From a virus (Duplodnaviria > Caudoviricetes), in the IMG/VR virus record IMGVR_UViG_3300027747_002427: a DNA stretch of 64,000 nucleotides. One strand, given 5' to 3'. Shown here piece after piece: positions 38,042 to 47,975 of this stretch. The notes under the pieces were generated by a model that was not told the origin of the DNA, did no database searches, and was given only the letters and a program-made list of their open reading frames with translations. Both the position numbers and the translations under genes were made by a program. Position 1 is the stretch's first letter. Each line of letters begins with the position of its first letter.

Positions 38042-38710
38042 TTAAATGATTTCAAAACAACCTTGGCTGCAACCTAAATTTTGATAAATCAAAGGCTTGT
38101 AATCTAATCCGGTTTCTAATAAAAATTCAGCGAATACTTTGATTTCATGTAAACGAAAATCTTCATAGTCGTTAATTTCATCAAATACAATAATAGTTCC
38201 TTTTTTTATTCTAGATCCTAGATATTTAAAAATTGTCTTAGCTGATGAATATAAATCACTATCAACATGAAGAAATGCTACATCTCCCTCAAATTTCTTG
38301 ACAAAAAGAGGAAGTGTATCTTCAAAATATCCTTTTATAAGCTTTACATTATCTGGCCAAGGTTTCCAATTTACTGGAAGATCACTATTAAACATGGAAT
38401 GATTATCACCCACAATATAACCAGGAGGTATTTGCCCATTAAGATTAAAAGCTCCTTTAGGATTGTTAGCATCCCAATGCTCTGGCAATCCTTCAAAACA
38501 ATCAAATCCGTAAATCTCTTTCGTGGTTTTTCTAGAAAATTGTTCTATACTTCTTCCGGTGAAGACTCCAAATTCTAACCATAATCCTTCTATTTTAACT
38601 TCGTCTGCGCATGCTAAATGGAATGTTTCGTGAAAATCCCAATTTGCTATTATTCTTGCTTCGGTTTTTAATCTGTGATCTATTTCGTCTATTTTTTGAT
38701 CTAGTGTCAT
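38042..38710 (-). CDS. TylF/MycF-like sugar O-methyltransferase
   Basis: LEFGVFTGRS, GFDCFEGLPE, KGYFEDTLP, LHVDSDLYSS, IVFDE. Confidence 0.85.
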   Translation of the reverse strand: MTLDQKIDEIDHRLKTEARIIANWDFHETFHLACADEVKIEGLWLEFGVFTGRSIEQFSRKTTKEIYGFDCFEGLPEHWDANNPKGAFNLNGQIPPGYIVGDNHSMFNSDLPVNWKPWPDNVKLIKGYFEDTLPLFVKKFEGDVAFLHVDSDLYSSAKTIFKYLGSRIKKGTIIVFDEINDYEDFRLHEIKVFAEFLLETGLDYKPLIYQNLGCSQGCFEII

Positions 38711-38717
38711 ATTATAT

Positions 38718-38745
38718 ATAATAGGACAAATTGTTAAAAAATCAA
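38718..38745 (-). promoter_or_regulatory. sigma70-type promoter TTGATT-N16-TATTAT, 7 nt before ATG 38710 (heads the heptose sub-operon)
   Basis: Read from reverse complement; occupies one of only two sizeable gaps inside the island. Confidence 0.6.
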
Positions 38746-39833
38746 TAGTTTAAATTATCATATAAAGAGATTATATTCTTTTCTATCACTCGATAATCGT
38801 ATTTTTCCCAATATCTGTTTAAGGTTTTTTCTGATTTTTCTTTATAATAATTTTTATTATCCCGAAGAGAAATCATTTCTGATACATATTCTTCAAAAGA
38901 ATAAGCCATTTTACCACAGCTTTCTATTTGTTCTACATGACCCATATTCAAAGCTGGGTGACTAATAACTGGTTTACCATGATACATTGCTTCTATTATA
39001 GAAGCCGAACATACTTCTCCGTCTGATCTAGCATGAGCATATACATCTATGCCAGCTAAAAAATCATGTATATCTTCTACAGAACTTGTAAATTCCAAGA
39101 AATAAACATTTTTTAATCCCAATTCTTTAACAGTATTGATATGTTCTTGACATCCTCCTAAAATAACAAAACAAGTTTTATCGTTTTGTACTTGCTTGTA
39201 AGCTGCTAAAGAATTAGGAGAAAATATATCACTTCTATTGGCTTGGTGAAAACCATATATAAAAATATCTTCTTCTATATTTAAAAGTTTTCTTAGATTA
39301 GATGGTTTTTTTTCTGGTACTTTAACTATAGAAGGAATTATTTCTGCCTTTGAGATATTACCACCATTACTAGCCCATTTTTCTGCTTGCCATTTACATA
39401 AAAGAATTGCCTTTTTAATATTGGGTTTGTCTTCACCGTTAAAACTATGAATACTATCAATTATAGGACAATTATTAATAATGTTGAAAGGATATTCTGG
39501 ATAACCTCCTCTCGCGGTTTGTATAAAATCATAATTAGTTTCTTTAAATAAATCCCAAAAATCCGTTCCTATCCATTTATAAGGTTCGACATTACCTATT
39601 TTATGATCTACATGAATCTTAATAGTATTAATACCTTGGTCTTCTATTAATTGTTTTCTTACTGGGTCATTATCCGGATGTACAAAACTAGAATTTAAAA
39701 AGGGTGCTGCATTAGTATAAAAATAATCTATCTGATATCTATCTTTAGGTAATAAACATGCCAAAGTTTGAAGATATTTTTCAGTTCCTCCAGAAGCTAA
39801 TCCGGCAAATTTAATAAATGCTGCTTTTTTCAT
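38742..39833 (-). CDS. GT4-family glycosyltransferase
   Basis: GGTEKY, DVYAHARSDGEVCSASIIEAMYHGKPVI. Confidence 0.85.
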   Translation of the reverse strand: MKKAAFIKFAGLASGGTEKYLQTLACLLPKDRYQIDYFYTNAAPFLNSSFVHPDNDPVRKQLIEDQGINTIKIHVDHKIGNVEPYKWIGTDFWDLFKETNYDFIQTARGGYPEYPFNIINNCPIIDSIHSFNGEDKPNIKKAILLCKWQAEKWASNGGNISKAEIIPSIVKVPEKKPSNLRKLLNIEEDIFIYGFHQANRSDIFSPNSLAAYKQVQNDKTCFVILGGCQEHINTVKELGLKNVYFLEFTSSVEDIHDFLAGIDVYAHARSDGEVCSASIIEAMYHGKPVISHPALNMGHVEQIESCGKMAYSFEEYVSEMISLRDNKNYYKEKSEKTLNRYWEKYDYRVIEKNIISLYDNLNY

Positions 39834-40540
39834 TATCTTTGACCTAAATCTAGTGTTGATTTATACAATCCGTTTCTTGATCCTTGAGAAGCTATTGAAG
39901 GATACCACCAATATGTTTTGGCATTAAATTTATATAATTGATAAGCTATTTCCCAATCAGAAACTAATTGAAAAGGAATAGCTGATGAATATATTTTAGA
40001 TGCTATTTGAGGTTTTAAAAGATAAGCTTCTGCGCAATTAGTAGCCGGGTGATTCATTAAATAAGAATTTTTACTAATCTTTTGGCTATTAAAGATTTTT
40101 TCATTTTGAAAATTTATTCCACACCCTTCACCGAGGAATATAGCATCCCAATCTGTCGGAGTTTCTGAAATATACTTTTTATATAAGTCATTAAAATTAT
40201 TATTAAATAAAACATCGTCTTCTAAAATTAATCCAAAATTAGGACATTCCAAAGAAACCTTTTCTATTGCTTTTAAATGTTTTATTGTACAAGATATTTC
40301 TGGTAAATTTAAGGTCCTAAATATATGAATATTAGAATCCCATAAAGGGTCTATTTTTTGTTTAAATTTAATTTCATCTGCTAGATAATATTGTTTTAAT
40401 ATATCTGTAGATAAATCTTCTTGATCATATTCTTTTATAAATTCATAAGGAATTTTAGAATTTTCTAAAAAGGAAATGACTTTAGAATATCTATCTGATA
40501 ATTTTGTATAATGAACTATATAAATTTTATCTGGTTTCAT
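39833..40540 (-). CDS. GT25-like glycosyltransferase
   Basis: SCTIKHLKAIE, LILEDDV, AEAYLL. Confidence 0.75.
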   Translation of the reverse strand: MKPDKIYIVHYTKLSDRYSKVISFLENSKIPYEFIKEYDQEDLSTDILKQYYLADEIKFKQKIDPLWDSNIHIFRTLNLPEISCTIKHLKAIEKVSLECPNFGLILEDDVLFNNNFNDLYKKYISETPTDWDAIFLGEGCGINFQNEKIFNSQKISKNSYLMNHPATNCAEAYLLKPQIASKIYSSAIPFQLVSDWEIAYQLYKFNAKTYWWYPSIASQGSRNGLYKSTLDLGQR

Positions 40541-41433
40541 TTTAATATTTTCTCTTTAAAGAATTTTAACACATTTTCTGGTAAAATAAAGTCTGGAAAT
40601 TTATTATCTATAAACCAAGGTTCATTTAATATTTCTTTATACTTTTCTTCGTTATTATCTATTTCTAAAATTTTATCTATAAATTCTTCTTCTGAAGAAT
40701 AATCATGTAAACTTAAAAATGATTTTTTATTAAAATCTTCTCCTACTCTTTCATTGCCCCAATATAAAGGTATTGTATTAACAAACATTGGATGTATTAT
40801 CTTTTCTGTTGTATATCCGTCACTGGATGTATTTTCAAAACTAATATTAAATTTAAAAGGCTTTAATGCTAAAATTTTCCAAATCTGGTCTCCACGACCT
40901 TGTATTCTTTGATTTATATTATTATATAAACCACCCATACAGTGAACTTCTTTTTTAGAAAGTAATTTAGGCACAAAACTTACTCTTTTTCCTTTAGGTT
41001 GATTAGCTATAAAACTGCAGAAATGATGTTTGTTTACTTTAACATCATTTTTATTTAAAAGAAATTGTGGGTCGTGCAAATATGATTGATCCCTATCATC
41101 ATCATGAGGTCTATTAAACCAATTTATATGCATTCCCCACAAAGGAAATCGGTAATTTCTATCGTCTTCTATATGTTCAAAAGTAAATGCATAATGACAT
41201 TGATTAAAATCTGGTTTACTACATTCCCCTGTATAATATATTTTTTTACATCTTTTATTATTATATTTAAAATGTTGTGGATTACCTGTATAATCATAAG
41301 AATAAAACAAAAGATCTGGGTCTTCGGAATCTAATATAACTTTATATTCTTTAGATAATAAATTATAAAAATAATTGTCATTATCTTTAAAATTAGGCCA
41401 AAAGTCTACAAAACAAATTTTTAAAGTATCCAT
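40537..41433 (-). CDS. GT10 alpha-1,3/4-fucosyltransferase-like
   Basis: FKFNISFENTSSDGYTTEKI...IPLYWG signature. Confidence 0.85.
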   Translation of the reverse strand: MDTLKICFVDFWPNFKDNDNYFYNLLSKEYKVILDSEDPDLLFYSYDYTGNPQHFKYNNKRCKKIYYTGECSKPDFNQCHYAFTFEHIEDDRNYRFPLWGMHINWFNRPHDDDRDQSYLHDPQFLLNKNDVKVNKHHFCSFIANQPKGKRVSFVPKLLSKKEVHCMGGLYNNINQRIQGRGDQIWKILALKPFKFNISFENTSSDGYTTEKIIHPMFVNTIPLYWGNERVGEDFNKKSFLSLHDYSSEEEFIDKILEIDNNEEKYKEILNEPWFIDNKFPDFILPENVLKFFKEKILK

Positions 41434-42185
41434 TTTTTAACATTATTCCAATCTTGACCGCCGGCTAAATGTCTTATGATTACATTTTCTCTAGATACTT
41501 TATTAATATTAAATTGGCATGAGCTTTCTCCTTCCCATTCTGTTACATTAAACCCTGTGGGAAATATAGAAACGTGTTCATTTAATTCTTTTAAAGAATA
41601 AACTATATCTTCATTTAATTCACTATGAAAACCATTATTAGGATATTCCCAAAAAGATTTATCTGAATGTCTTTTAATACCAGCTAAGCTATACCAACTT
41701 GCTTGTTCTCTAAATTCATGCCAAAAACTAGAAGCGGTTTGAAATCTTTCATGAATTGAAATCTTGTTATTTAATTTATTGAATCTTTCTTCTGATAAAA
41801 TATTGTTAATTAAATTTCGCGACCACTCATTAACTTTAATACTATACCAGCCCATACAATGTGTGTTGCCGGAATCTATACAATAACCAAAAGATTTACT
41901 TGGCTCTAATGAATGTTCTGTATTAACAAAATACATATCAGCATCTATATGAGCTAATATATCTCCGTCCTCAAGTTTGTTACTCTCTAATAAATCTTTG
42001 ACTATAGTAAATTTCCACCATGTAGGATTGCCTCTATATAAGTCTAAAGGATTTTCATTGCCAATGACTACGTATTTAAATCCATGTTTATCACAATACT
42101 CTTTATTTCTTGGTGAAATAATTTCATCAAAAATCTGCTGTCTGTGATCATTATATTTTGCTATAACAAAAAGTACTTTTTTCAT
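41421..42185 (-). CDS. GT34-like (galactosyl/xylosyl) transferase
   Basis: YCDKHGFKY, WWKF, HIDAD, REQA, IRHLAG. Confidence 0.6.
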   Translation of the reverse strand: MKKVLFVIAKYNDHRQQIFDEIISPRNKEYCDKHGFKYVVIGNENPLDLYRGNPTWWKFTIVKDLLESNKLEDGDILAHIDADMYFVNTEHSLEPSKSFGYCIDSGNTHCMGWYSIKVNEWSRNLINNILSEERFNKLNNKISIHERFQTASSFWHEFREQASWYSLAGIKRHSDKSFWEYPNNGFHSELNEDIVYSLKELNEHVSIFPTGFNVTEWEGESSCQFNINKVSRENVIIRHLAGGQDWNNVKKWIL

Positions 42186-43066
42186 TTTAATGAATCTAAT
42201 ATATTATCACACATTCCTTCTAATGTAAAGTATTTTGGATATATTTTTTTTATTTTAGAAAGCATATATTCTTGTCTTTTATTTGATATAGATTTTAATA
42301 TATTATCTAGATTGTCAATATCTTTAAAATCTACTAAAATAGCTATATCATCCCAATTTACTTTATTAGCAAATGGTATAAAGGGTTTGTTATAATATAT
42401 ATAAACTGGAATAGATCCCAATTGCATTGCTTCATATAATCGAAAGCTTGTTGCACCATATCCACGCGGACAAAGAGTAAATTTACTGCGAGAAGTTGTT
42501 TCTATAAAAAGATTCTGTCTTTCTGTTTTAACATCTGGAGACCAGTGTTTGGGTTTTAATACATATTCTTCTTTGTTTATCAAAACCTCTAACATTTTCA
42601 TTCTAATATTATGAGATACAGAAGCCCAAGTATTAGGAATATTTTGTGTGACACTTCCTACGAAACTACAAAATATATCTTTGGGTAAGTCTTTAATATC
42701 TTGAATGGAACTGCATATTAAAGGTATAGGAATTGTGTTGGGTACATTACCTCCAGCTGAAAAATGTATTGTATTGAGAGGGAACTCTTGGTAAGGCCCA
42801 TCATCATGTTGAGATACTGTAAAATACTTTTTACTTTTATCTAGGCTGTTTAGATCTTGTTGTAAATCATGTAGCAGATGAGTTCCACCTAAATATAATT
42901 CAGTCCAAAAAACGGGAATATATTCATATCCCGTTGTTTTAAATTTATCTATATTTTTTACATAATAATCATAAAAATATTCTTCTAAATATTTTCCTTG
43001 ATGATAAAAGGGATATGGATTAGTCTGTGTAACTATTCTATATTTTTCAAACTTTTCTAGAATCAT
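42182..43066 (-). CDS. Exostosin/GT47-like glycosyltransferase
   Basis: SKFTLCPRGYGATSFRLYEAMQLGSIPVYI. Confidence 0.85.
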   Translation of the reverse strand: MILEKFEKYRIVTQTNPYPFYHQGKYLEEYFYDYYVKNIDKFKTTGYEYIPVFWTELYLGGTHLLHDLQQDLNSLDKSKKYFTVSQHDDGPYQEFPLNTIHFSAGGNVPNTIPIPLICSSIQDIKDLPKDIFCSFVGSVTQNIPNTWASVSHNIRMKMLEVLINKEEYVLKPKHWSPDVKTERQNLFIETTSRSKFTLCPRGYGATSFRLYEAMQLGSIPVYIYYNKPFIPFANKVNWDDIAILVDFKDIDNLDNILKSISNKRQEYMLSKIKKIYPKYFTLEGMCDNILDSLK

Positions 43067-43739
43067 ATTTTTCTTTTACTTTATCCAATAATTTAATTTT
43101 ATTACTAAATGGTGTAGTCCAATTAGCATGATGTATTGTTATATTTTCTGGTATATCAAAATCTTCTACGCCCTGCCAGGTACCAGATGAATTTGAAGGA
43201 TTGGTTCTTTTCAAAGCCAATTCACCATAAGTCCAATAATCTTTGGATAACATCTTCCATTTAAATGATATTTTTTCTAAATTATTAAAATTGCTTATAA
43301 TATAATTAAAACAAACTTGTTCTTCCGGAAATTTCTCTAAATTACCTTCAACAGTTTTTAAAAAAGCTCTTGTTTTAGGGGTAGATCTCATTATAAAAAA
43401 CCCAGTATTAACTCCACCTCCATAATCATTTTGAAAAGCAGCATCATAATCACCTAGTTGTTGTATTACGTCTTTTGAAAAAGGTTTAAAAAATTGAATA
43501 TCTGGATCTGAAAACATAAAGCATTCTCCGTCTTTTGTTTCATAAGCTGCATCTATAAAACATTGAACTTTATATTTCATAGTATCTCTCCACCCATCGC
43601 TTTGAAATTCAGAACTAGGACATACTTGTGGTTTAAATTTAACTACAAGTTCTATATCAGTGTCAAAGGGAAAGCTTTTTATAAAGTAATCTTTAAACAT
43701 ATCATAATGAGATTCTGTAAATACGGTATAAAGTTTCAT
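43047..43739 (-). CDS. GT77-like nucleotide-diphospho-sugar transferase
   Basis: FSDPDIQFF, NTGFFIMRS, EQVCFN, HHANW. Confidence 0.75.
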   Translation of the reverse strand: MKLYTVFTESHYDMFKDYFIKSFPFDTDIELVVKFKPQVCPSSEFQSDGWRDTMKYKVQCFIDAAYETKDGECFMFSDPDIQFFKPFSKDVIQQLGDYDAAFQNDYGGGVNTGFFIMRSTPKTRAFLKTVEGNLEKFPEEQVCFNYIISNFNNLEKISFKWKMLSKDYWTYGELALKRTNPSNSSGTWQGVEDFDIPENITIHHANWTTPFSNKIKLLDKVKEKYDSRKV

Positions 43740-43805
43740 TGTTTGTAATTACCTTTATCGTCTCTCAAGTCTACAAGCTCACTTTTATTTTTTCGTAAAA
43801 ACCAT

Positions 43806-44576
43806 TTAAAGACATTTTAGATATTTTGCTTCTTGTTCTAATTCATCAGGTAAAGAATATAAAAATTGTCCGTATGGCAACCTTTTAATAAGGTAAGAAT
43901 ATATAAATTCTTTCCAGTTTTTATGATAAGGGGATTCTTCCCAAAGTTTGCTATTATAGATAGCTTCTGGAGAAGATTCATTCCAATTTAAATCATGTTT
44001 TTCATGACAAAGAAAAACACTTTTATTACCTAAAAAAGAATTACTTCTATTATACATTTCTAAAGCAAATGCAACATCCCATAAATGTTCAGCGTATATA
44101 TAATCTTTAAAATATTGTTTATTGTTTAACCACCAATTCTTTTTTACAGCCCAAGCATCAAATCCGGCTATTTCTATTCTAAAGGGTATGATATTATCTA
44201 AACCTGTTATAGGATAACAATCATGTCTTGAAAATGAATATGTATCATATTCTCCTTTTATTAATAATTTAATAATATTTTCTGTTAATAAAACATCACT
44301 ATTTAAAAACAAAAAATAATCACAATCGGTAGTTGATAATATATCAAAAAAATCTTTAGCAATGGGTTTTTCTGATTTAGAATTTGTAATATCTTTTGCT
44401 TTTCTTTTTAAAAAAGGAAGATGATTGAATCCTAAAGCATAATTTTTTTCGTTTTCATATGTAATATTATATAAAGATATATTGTTATGTTTTGAAGCGA
44501 GCTTATTTAAGACTTCTATACAAAAATCTTGTCTTTTATAATCTTTAAAAACATTAATTCCTATTGAAATTTTCAT
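43806..44576 (-). CDS. GT-A-like hypothetical glycosyltransferase
   Basis: YFLFLNSDVLL, AGFDAWAV, HLWD; start revised to MKISIG; C-terminus possibly frameshifted (see findings). Confidence 0.6.
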   Translation of the reverse strand: MKISIGINVFKDYKRQDFCIEVLNKLASKHNNISLYNITYENEKNYALGFNHLPFLKRKAKDITNSKSEKPIAKDFFDILSTTDCDYFLFLNSDVLLTENIIKLLIKGEYDTYSFSRHDCYPITGLDNIIPFRIEIAGFDAWAVKKNWWLNNKQYFKDYIYAEHLWDVAFALEMYNRSNSFLGNKSVFLCHEKHDLNWNESSPEAIYNSKLWEESPYHKNWKEFIYSYLIKRLPYGQFLYSLPDELEQEAKYLKCL

Positions 44577-45358
44577 GGTCTTATACCTTTTAAATATTCT
44601 ACAACCTCTTCCGGATGTTTGCAATTAATACTATTAATTTTTACACCATGCTTATTTGTAAAATAATTTATAGTATCTTGAATTACATCAGCTCTAGACC
44701 CATCCGGCCTATCGGCTTGAAGCCTACTTGTTGCAACTGGATTGTTTTCTATATATTCATCTGAATTAGTTATATCTGCAAAATACCAAAAAGGAGCTAC
44801 ATTAGGATTTAAAATAGATTGTCTAAATGCCATGTCTGCATCAAATAAATCTCTCATTTTTCCATCATAAAGTCCACATTTTATAAAACAAGATTTATGG
44901 TGATATGTAAATTCATTACACATATTTTGATAAAAAGACACCCCAAGTGTTTCACTATAATTGACTTGAAGAGTTGGAGTTCTAGCACCTGGGTGACCAG
45001 CTTGATCACTCATACTAACATATGAAAAATAATTCAATCCACTAATTTTAGATGTTTCTATATATTTTTTAAAAATATCTACATTCTTAATAATCATATC
45101 ATCCTCTATAAGGAATATATGTTCACAATCTTTATTCATTAGAAATGTTATACAATCATTTCTACAAACTGAAGGATATCTATTTTTATTATGTTGAATC
45201 CAATCACAATTATAAGAATTTTTATATTTGTCTCCTCCGTTAACAACTACAATTTCATCAATTATATTAGCATCTTTTAAACTATCAAAAAGAGTTTTAA
45301 AATAATTTTCTGAATTGTAGGTAGTAATACCTACACCTATTTTTTCATTATTAAACAT
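44573..45358 (-). CDS. GT2-like glycosyltransferase (paralog 1)
   Basis: KIGVGITTYN, VVVNGG, HIFLIEDD. Confidence 0.8.
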   Translation of the reverse strand: MFNNEKIGVGITTYNSENYFKTLFDSLKDANIIDEIVVVNGGDKYKNSYNCDWIQHNKNRYPSVCRNDCITFLMNKDCEHIFLIEDDMIIKNVDIFKKYIETSKISGLNYFSYVSMSDQAGHPGARTPTLQVNYSETLGVSFYQNMCNEFTYHHKSCFIKCGLYDGKMRDLFDADMAFRQSILNPNVAPFWYFADITNSDEYIENNPVATSRLQADRPDGSRADVIQDTINYFTNKHGVKINSINCKHPEEVVEYLKGIRP

Positions 45359-46181
45359 GATTTTTATATATTTGCTTTAAACTCTCTATTACTTCTTTTT
45401 CTGAGTAATTTTTTTCAATAGGTCCATATCCTTGTATTACACTAAAATTATTTTTTTGAATAAAAATATCTAGAGCCTTTTTAAAATTCTCTTGAAAATT
45501 AGATTCATTTCTAATCTTGCTTTGTTGATGATCAGGTACGATATCTTTTAAATATTTTTTAGAATCTTTAATATCTGCAAACCATCTAAATGGTGGGTGA
45601 TACCCTTTTTTTATTATTTGATATGTATGGTCAACATGCTCTAAAGCATTATAAAAATTCTCGTCCATTAAACCACAATCTTTTAATACATCTATATGAT
45701 AATAACTAAGGGCTCCTAGTATATTAGGATACAAGTCTATTTCTGTATGACCATAATTGACTGTTTTTCTAATAGTAGGATTTCCATAAGGATCTATGTT
45801 ATGATTGCCATGTAGACCAAAATTAAAATGTTTTATACCAGTAGCTTTGGAAGTATTAATATAAGCTTCAAATATATTATTATCTACAACTTCAATATCA
45901 TCTTCCATTAAAAATATATGTTCACAACCAATTTTTATTAAATGTTTTAAAGCTAAATTCTTTGCAACGGCAACACCTTCTTTATTTTTAGTCTTTATAT
46001 AATGAACATTATTTTCTTCACCTTGCTCTATAAGATTTCTTACATGCTCTTCTCCATCATCTACTATTACAAAACTAATATTGTGATTATCTTTAACTGA
46101 TTTATAACTCTTTTGAAAGAATTCTGGTCTATCGCAGGTTATTAATCCAACACCAATCTTACACGATATTGCTTTTTGCAT
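45351..46181 (-). CDS. GT2-like glycosyltransferase (paralog 2)
   Basis: KIGVGLITCDR, IVDDG, HIFLMEDD, ALEHVD. Confidence 0.85.
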   Translation of the reverse strand: MQKAISCKIGVGLITCDRPEFFQKSYKSVKDNHNISFVIVDDGEEHVRNLIEQGEENNVHYIKTKNKEGVAVAKNLALKHLIKIGCEHIFLMEDDIEVVDNNIFEAYINTSKATGIKHFNFGLHGNHNIDPYGNPTIRKTVNYGHTEIDLYPNILGALSYYHIDVLKDCGLMDENFYNALEHVDHTYQIIKKGYHPPFRWFADIKDSKKYLKDIVPDHQQSKIRNESNFQENFKKALDIFIQKNNFSVIQGYGPIEKNYSEKEVIESLKQIYKNHV

Positions 46182-46926
46182 AATTCTTTTGAATGATTTC
46201 CATGGAATTCAATAATTGTTCCTGGGTAACTCCTGCTGGTTCATTTTGCCCGGGAATATATTGATTATTATACATGAAATATGCATAGGAAATCTGTACT
46301 CCTTTATCTAAATCTGGTATATCTTTGTAATTTATTTTCTGAATCATGGAATTAGATTTAGATAAACCATCCTTTATAGAAGGATGAAAATGATTAGGAG
46401 GATATATACCCTTCTTTCTCATCTTTAAAACATAATCTAACACATCTAAATGTTTAGAATTATAAAATCTTTCATCAAAATAGCCGTTATTCTTCACAAC
46501 CCCTGTGTATAAGAATATAAAATCACTATTTAATTCTGGTGTAAGATTTAAAGTTACACCGGCTTCGTCATCTTCAAGAGGTATTGATTTATCACCTGGT
46601 CCTAAAATAAACCAAGTACCAAATACTTCTGCGGTTTTAATAGTCTTTTCAAATACATTTGGATTTTCTATAACTTGATTAGAGTTAATTAAGAATAAAA
46701 ATTTATAATCCTTAATGCGTAATTGTGATAATGCCCAATTACGTAGAGTAGCAAATGATACTTCTCTATCATAAGATCTAGAAATGGGGGTTTTAGAGGT
46801 GCGATTTTTCGTATTAGATACCACTACTACATTGTTTTTTAATTCTTCTGGTATAGATGAATAGCATCTATCAAGATCTTCTGAGGTGTAAACGTCTAAT
46901 ATTCCTATGCCTATTTTGTCATTCAT
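46159..46926 (-). CDS. GT2-like paralog 3 lacking the EDD motif
   Basis: KIGIGILDVY, FLFLINSN in place of FLxEDD, YFDERF, YPPNHFHP. Confidence 0.65.
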   Translation of the reverse strand: MNDKIGIGILDVYTSEDLDRCYSSIPEELKNNVVVVSNTKNRTSKTPISRSYDREVSFATLRNWALSQLRIKDYKFLFLINSNQVIENPNVFEKTIKTAEVFGTWFILGPGDKSIPLEDDEAGVTLNLTPELNSDFIFLYTGVVKNNGYFDERFYNSKHLDVLDYVLKMRKKGIYPPNHFHPSIKDGLSKSNSMIQKINYKDIPDLDKGVQISYAYFMYNNQYIPGQNEPAGVTQEQLLNSMEIIQKNYAKSNIV

Positions 46927-47975
46927 GTTAATTTTGTGTAAAGGTTGTCTAAATAATTTACTATATCTTCTTTATGTTGCACTTCTAAAGATTCTACAAA
47001 GTCTTTTATACTTTTAGGTATATCAATAGCTGTATATTCTATGTTATTAGTGTTTAAATCATCATCCATATTAGACAATTTGTAATCTATACGAAAGAAT
47101 TTCGGGCCAAGATTTTGAATTTTGGACGATAAAAGAGGTATTTTTTCTGGCTCTATATTTTTATCTACGATAAAACTAACTATATTATTAGGTACATTAT
47201 CTTTTAAATATTGAGAATCTTGTTTACCACATTGTAAATCATTTAAGCTTACTTTAATATGCTTAGGTGATAGGGTATTTTCAAAAAATTCAATTTCTTC
47301 TGTCTCTACATTTAAAATATAAATTCCTCTATCATCTCCTGTGTCTCCAAAATTTTGTTGATATGGACTTCCTACATATAAAATTTTTCCCTTATCATAA
47401 TTTCTAAGCTCTCTTTTATGAAAATGACCTGATAATACAAAGGGTGATTTATCCAATAATGATTTAGATTCGAATCCGTGGTCACAAACCTTAAAGGAAT
47501 TCATATAAAAAGATTGTATCTCAAAATGACCAAAGCAAATATCACTTTCTGGTATATCTTTTAGATCTGTTCCCCAAGGAATTAAAGATATTTTCTTATC
47601 ACCAGCCGCAATAATAATAGGAGTTTTGTCTACTATTATGATATTATCCCAACCATCAAGCATAGTAATTGAATTAACATCGGACCTATCTTTGTAATAA
47701 CAGTCATGATTACCTGTAGAAATAAAAATACGAAAGTCTTTTAGTATAGAAAAGAATTCTTTAGCAATGGTTAATGTATTAACTGATATCTCATTTCTAT
47801 TATGGAATATATCTCCCGGTATAATAATGTCATTTATACCTTTTTGAGAATATAATTCTTTAACCCACTCAGCAAATTCCAAGACACTCTTGTGCCACAT
47901 AGAACTATCTTGCCCTAACCCTATATGGATATCAGAGAATACACCGACATTCTTACTTTTTATACTATAACTCAT
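46923..47975 (-). CDS. Metallophosphoesterase recombination nuclease (gp47/SbcD)
   Basis: SDIHIG, GDIFHNR, GNHD, GHFE, SGHFH. Confidence 0.95.
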   Translation of the reverse strand: MSYSIKSKNVGVFSDIHIGLGQDSSMWHKSVLEFAEWVKELYSQKGINDIIIPGDIFHNRNEISVNTLTIAKEFFSILKDFRIFISTGNHDCYYKDRSDVNSITMLDGWDNIIIVDKTPIIIAAGDKKISLIPWGTDLKDIPESDICFGHFEIQSFYMNSFKVCDHGFESKSLLDKSPFVLSGHFHKRELRNYDKGKILYVGSPYQQNFGDTGDDRGIYILNVETEEIEFFENTLSPKHIKVSLNDLQCGKQDSQYLKDNVPNNIVSFIVDKNIEPEKIPLLSSKIQNLGPKFFRIDYKLSNMDDDLNTNNIEYTAIDIPKSIKDFVESLEVQHKEDIVNYLDNLYTKLT

